DNA of 64,000 nucleotides from positions 75,146,001-75,210,000 of the forward strand of contig OZ076409.1 in assembly GCA_964187785.1 (NCBI GenBank). The letters are read 5' to 3'. Below are positions 61,501-64,000 of the stretch, piece after piece. A model generated the notes under the pieces. That model saw nothing but the letters and a program-made list of their open reading frames with translations, was not told the origin of the DNA and made no database searches. This DNA is from Amphiscolops sp. MND2022. Lineage: Eukaryota. Position 1 is the stretch's first letter. Each line of letters starts with the position of its first letter. Made by a program: the position numbers and the translations under genes.

Positions 61501-64000
61501 AACATGTATGTAATGAAACCAATAACACCTTCAACTATCAACGCCCACCGTCCGTAGGCATGCCGAGGCATGCCTTTCGACGACGCGCGCCGGAAACAAT
61601 CTAACGGCGCCACCCGCTTCTGGGTGGTCAGTGCTGTTGCGTTCATTTTTTTCCGGCCGTGGGGGAGGGCCCCTCTGAGGCCGGTCATTTTTCAGGTAAC
61701 AGCTTTCTTATACAAAAAAGCGGGAAAAAACCTCAGTGCTCAAATCCCAACCGTCAGAATGAGCTGAAATTTGGCATGTAGCTAGCGCATTGCAAATGAT
61801 TAGGATGGGTTATAACGCTATGTTTGGCAAAATTGGTTTTGTTGCGTTTTTTTTGTCATATAGGGCTAAAAATGGCCTTTTTTGCGTATTTTTTGCTTGA
61901 CAAGCTAATAACTCGCGTTGGGTTGGTACTAGCGATACGGGTGTGGGGTATGGAATTGTAAGCTTACCAAGTACCTTGCTGATCACGTTATTTGATTTCC
62001 GCTCACATCACCCCACACGCCGGAAATGCCCAATTTGTCACTTCCGGTCGCAATTTTTGACTTTTTTGGATGGAGTCGAAGCCCATTTCCGATGTGAAGG
62101 AGTGGGTTGAGCGCTCTGACCACGATATACTAAAAGTAGGTTTAGACAAAGTCCTTTCAAGAAAAAAGTAATGTGAGCCCGTAACTATCACCCCCTCACC
62201 GGAAATAGGGGTCACGCCTCCTTTTTCTGTGCTGCAAAAGTGACATGTGCACATTTGTCCAACTCCGAAGCCCCGGAGCACCGTGGGACCCGTATACTTT
62301 CTAAACACCAATCCCACACGCTACCGGAAGTGACCGGAAGTTTCACCGGAAATGACATCCTTGGACCGGAAATGGTCAAAAAATGACTTTTTTAATGCAA
62401 AATAGACACAATTGGTGCGATTTTTAGGCAAAAAGCATAATTCGTGAAACGCTTGTTGCAGTTGGAAGGGCCATTGTTCAGCAAGAATGCGTACAGCATT
62501 ACGTAGCACATCAAGTAGTTGATTCTTTTTCGTCCATAATATCCATAGGACCGGAAATGGCCATTTTTGAATCGGAAACGTCTTCAGCTTGATTTTTAAC
62601 AGGTTTTTCCGCAATATTAGCGTAGGAATTGCTCGTCGGATGCTGTAGGTCTATTTCAAAACTAGCTGACTGCTTCTTAGAAATGTATTTCAGAAGTTCC
62701 AACTAATTCCAGATGACCGGAAATGGGAGTAATTGCCTCCTTTATGACCTTTGAAAGATAGATTGTTAAAATCCGCAAATTATTTTATTCCACAATTGTT
62801 GCTCAGGTTATATCTAAGCAATAACATCTGCTTGTTATGAAGTGCTGTAATGTGGGAGATACAAATATTGCTTTTTAATAGTTTTACATACGTGATATCC
62901 GCCGCAATAAGGATTTTTCAAACCAACCATTTTGAAGTCCTACTGGTGTTCCGCACACCCGAAGCTATTTAAGTTTCTAGTTTCGATTTTCAGGCTTCCG
63001 CGACTATTTAGTTGAGATGATAGTTTTCACGTTCTCTGCAAAACGGGCATTTCATTGTGTATTTGACATTTATTGGGCTGTTTCACATTGTATTTCAAAA
63101 CTAATTGATCATACAATTTGGAACAATTGAAAATTTTTAATTGAACAAAAAATGTTTTAATACTTTCTCTTTCGTTGAAGATACTCTTTTGTGGCCATTA
63201 GAACAGGTTGAATTAGTTGAATAAGTAACCAGTGCGATACATCGTTTAATACATAGCGTTTGACATCGGTTTTTTTCGCGAACAAAGACAAGCTTGATTT
63301 GTTGGAAGTTTTTACCATATCGCTTCAAATCGGGTGTGACAAACAATGAATTTCTCGTTTTAATTGCTACTTCGAAAGCAACCTGAAAACGCAAATCGAT
63401 CTATTGAATTATGGAGATGAAACTAAGCATTTCAAGTCTGGGTTTCAATTTAATTCTATCACTCCGGACTATTTTCATGTCGCAAGAGTGATAAAGGGTG
63501 TTAGCAAGGTTAAAAACATCGAACAATTTCAATAATAAAGCCTCCGGAAAAAGAAGAAAAAATGAGTTTTCCTGTCAAAACAATGATAACCACGTACGAA
63601 ACCTCAAGCTTTTGTATTGTTCAATAGTCCAAAACGTGAATGAAGTTTTTAAATATCCAAGAGTTTCTAATCAAGCATGCGTTTCAAATGTCTCACAGGG
63701 CAGCATCGTTTTCAAAAAACAGTGCTTTCAATATGGTTTCATACCAGCAAAACGAACGCAGGCAAAACCACATTCTCAAAATTTTTGCACAATAACCAAT
63801 TTCTGTGGAAATCCTGTTTGATTCCTCAGGGTATATGGTGAGAACCCTGTTGGGTTCCAAAGTTGATGAGCTGTTTTCTTGGGTTTGCGAGATAAGTTAC
63901 AACGGAAATCTGAAAGCAGGTCGTCTTAATAAAATACCTGTTGCTCTTCAAACGAATGGACTTAAGTAGTCGAAATTTATTCTCAGACACTTTCGATCAG
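58552..64000 (+). mobile_element. Two tandem copies of a divergent 3.07-kb unit (58552-61623 complete; 61624 to window end partial)
   Basis: Both have the head GTGGTCAGTGCTGTTGCG and colinear bodies. The first ends with the A/T-variant hairpin (61555-61574) and CTGG|GTG. Confidence 0.85.

Larger units (their letters stand above)
1..64000 (+). repeat. Head-to-tail mosaic array of Helitron-like elements (31 complete and 2 partial units)
   Basis: Units start (GTG after CTNG) at 1166, 2453, 3745, 5026, 6313, 7574, 8840, 10119, 11401, 12688, 13976, 15289, 16576, 28802, 30077, 31365, 32645, 33920, 35203, 36434, 38610, 39999, 41287, 42575, 43864, 45150, 46406, 47693, 49880, 52060, 58552 and 61624. 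27 of the 32 junctions are preceded by the block CG(C/A)C..CGTC(C/T)GT(G/A)GGCATGCCGAGGCATGCC(C/T)TTCGACGACG. Confidence 0.93.

Noticed and set aside
1085..61623. CRISPR-like reading of the conserved ~50-nt palindromic block
   Set aside because: The intervals are 1.2-12 kb and homologous to one another, there are no cas genes, and the context is eukaryotic.
58979..63821. Possible captured gene in the 3.07-kb units
   Set aside because: The ORFs are short, differ in frame and length between the two copies, and show no recognisable motif. A decayed gene cannot be excluded without a translated search.
1..64000. rDNA, tRNA or snRNA tandem gene cluster
   Set aside because: I recognised no rRNA, tRNA cloverleaf, Pol III A/B box or snRNA sequence in the units by eye. 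An Rfam scan would be the decisive test.

Overview
This is eukaryotic repetitive DNA with no recognisable host gene. The whole window is one head-to-tail, same-orientation array of Helitron-like rolling-circle elements: 31 complete units and 2 partial ones, meeting at 32 junctions. The junctions read CTAG|GTG (30), CTTG|GTG (1) and CTGG|GTG (1), with no intervening DNA and no target-site duplication. One unit is a putatively autonomous 12.2-kb element (16576-28801). It encodes a 2349-aa protein with an HUH Rep domain, a PIF1-like SF1 helicase and a degenerate SLX1-like GIY-YIG domain, plus a second, probably spliced, Cys-containing gene. The other units are non-coding: 24 of about 1.28 kb, three of about 2.18 kb, and single ones of 1.39, 3.07 and 6.5 kb. 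Most units end in a 9-bp hairpin 39-51 nt before CTNG, and most begin with a sequence-variable hairpin about 30-60 nt after GTG. Heads and tails assort freely at CTNGGTG. I infer a self-targeting rolling-circle system that builds a cassette-like array by inserting at its own junction. All motif calls were made by eye, without database searches.
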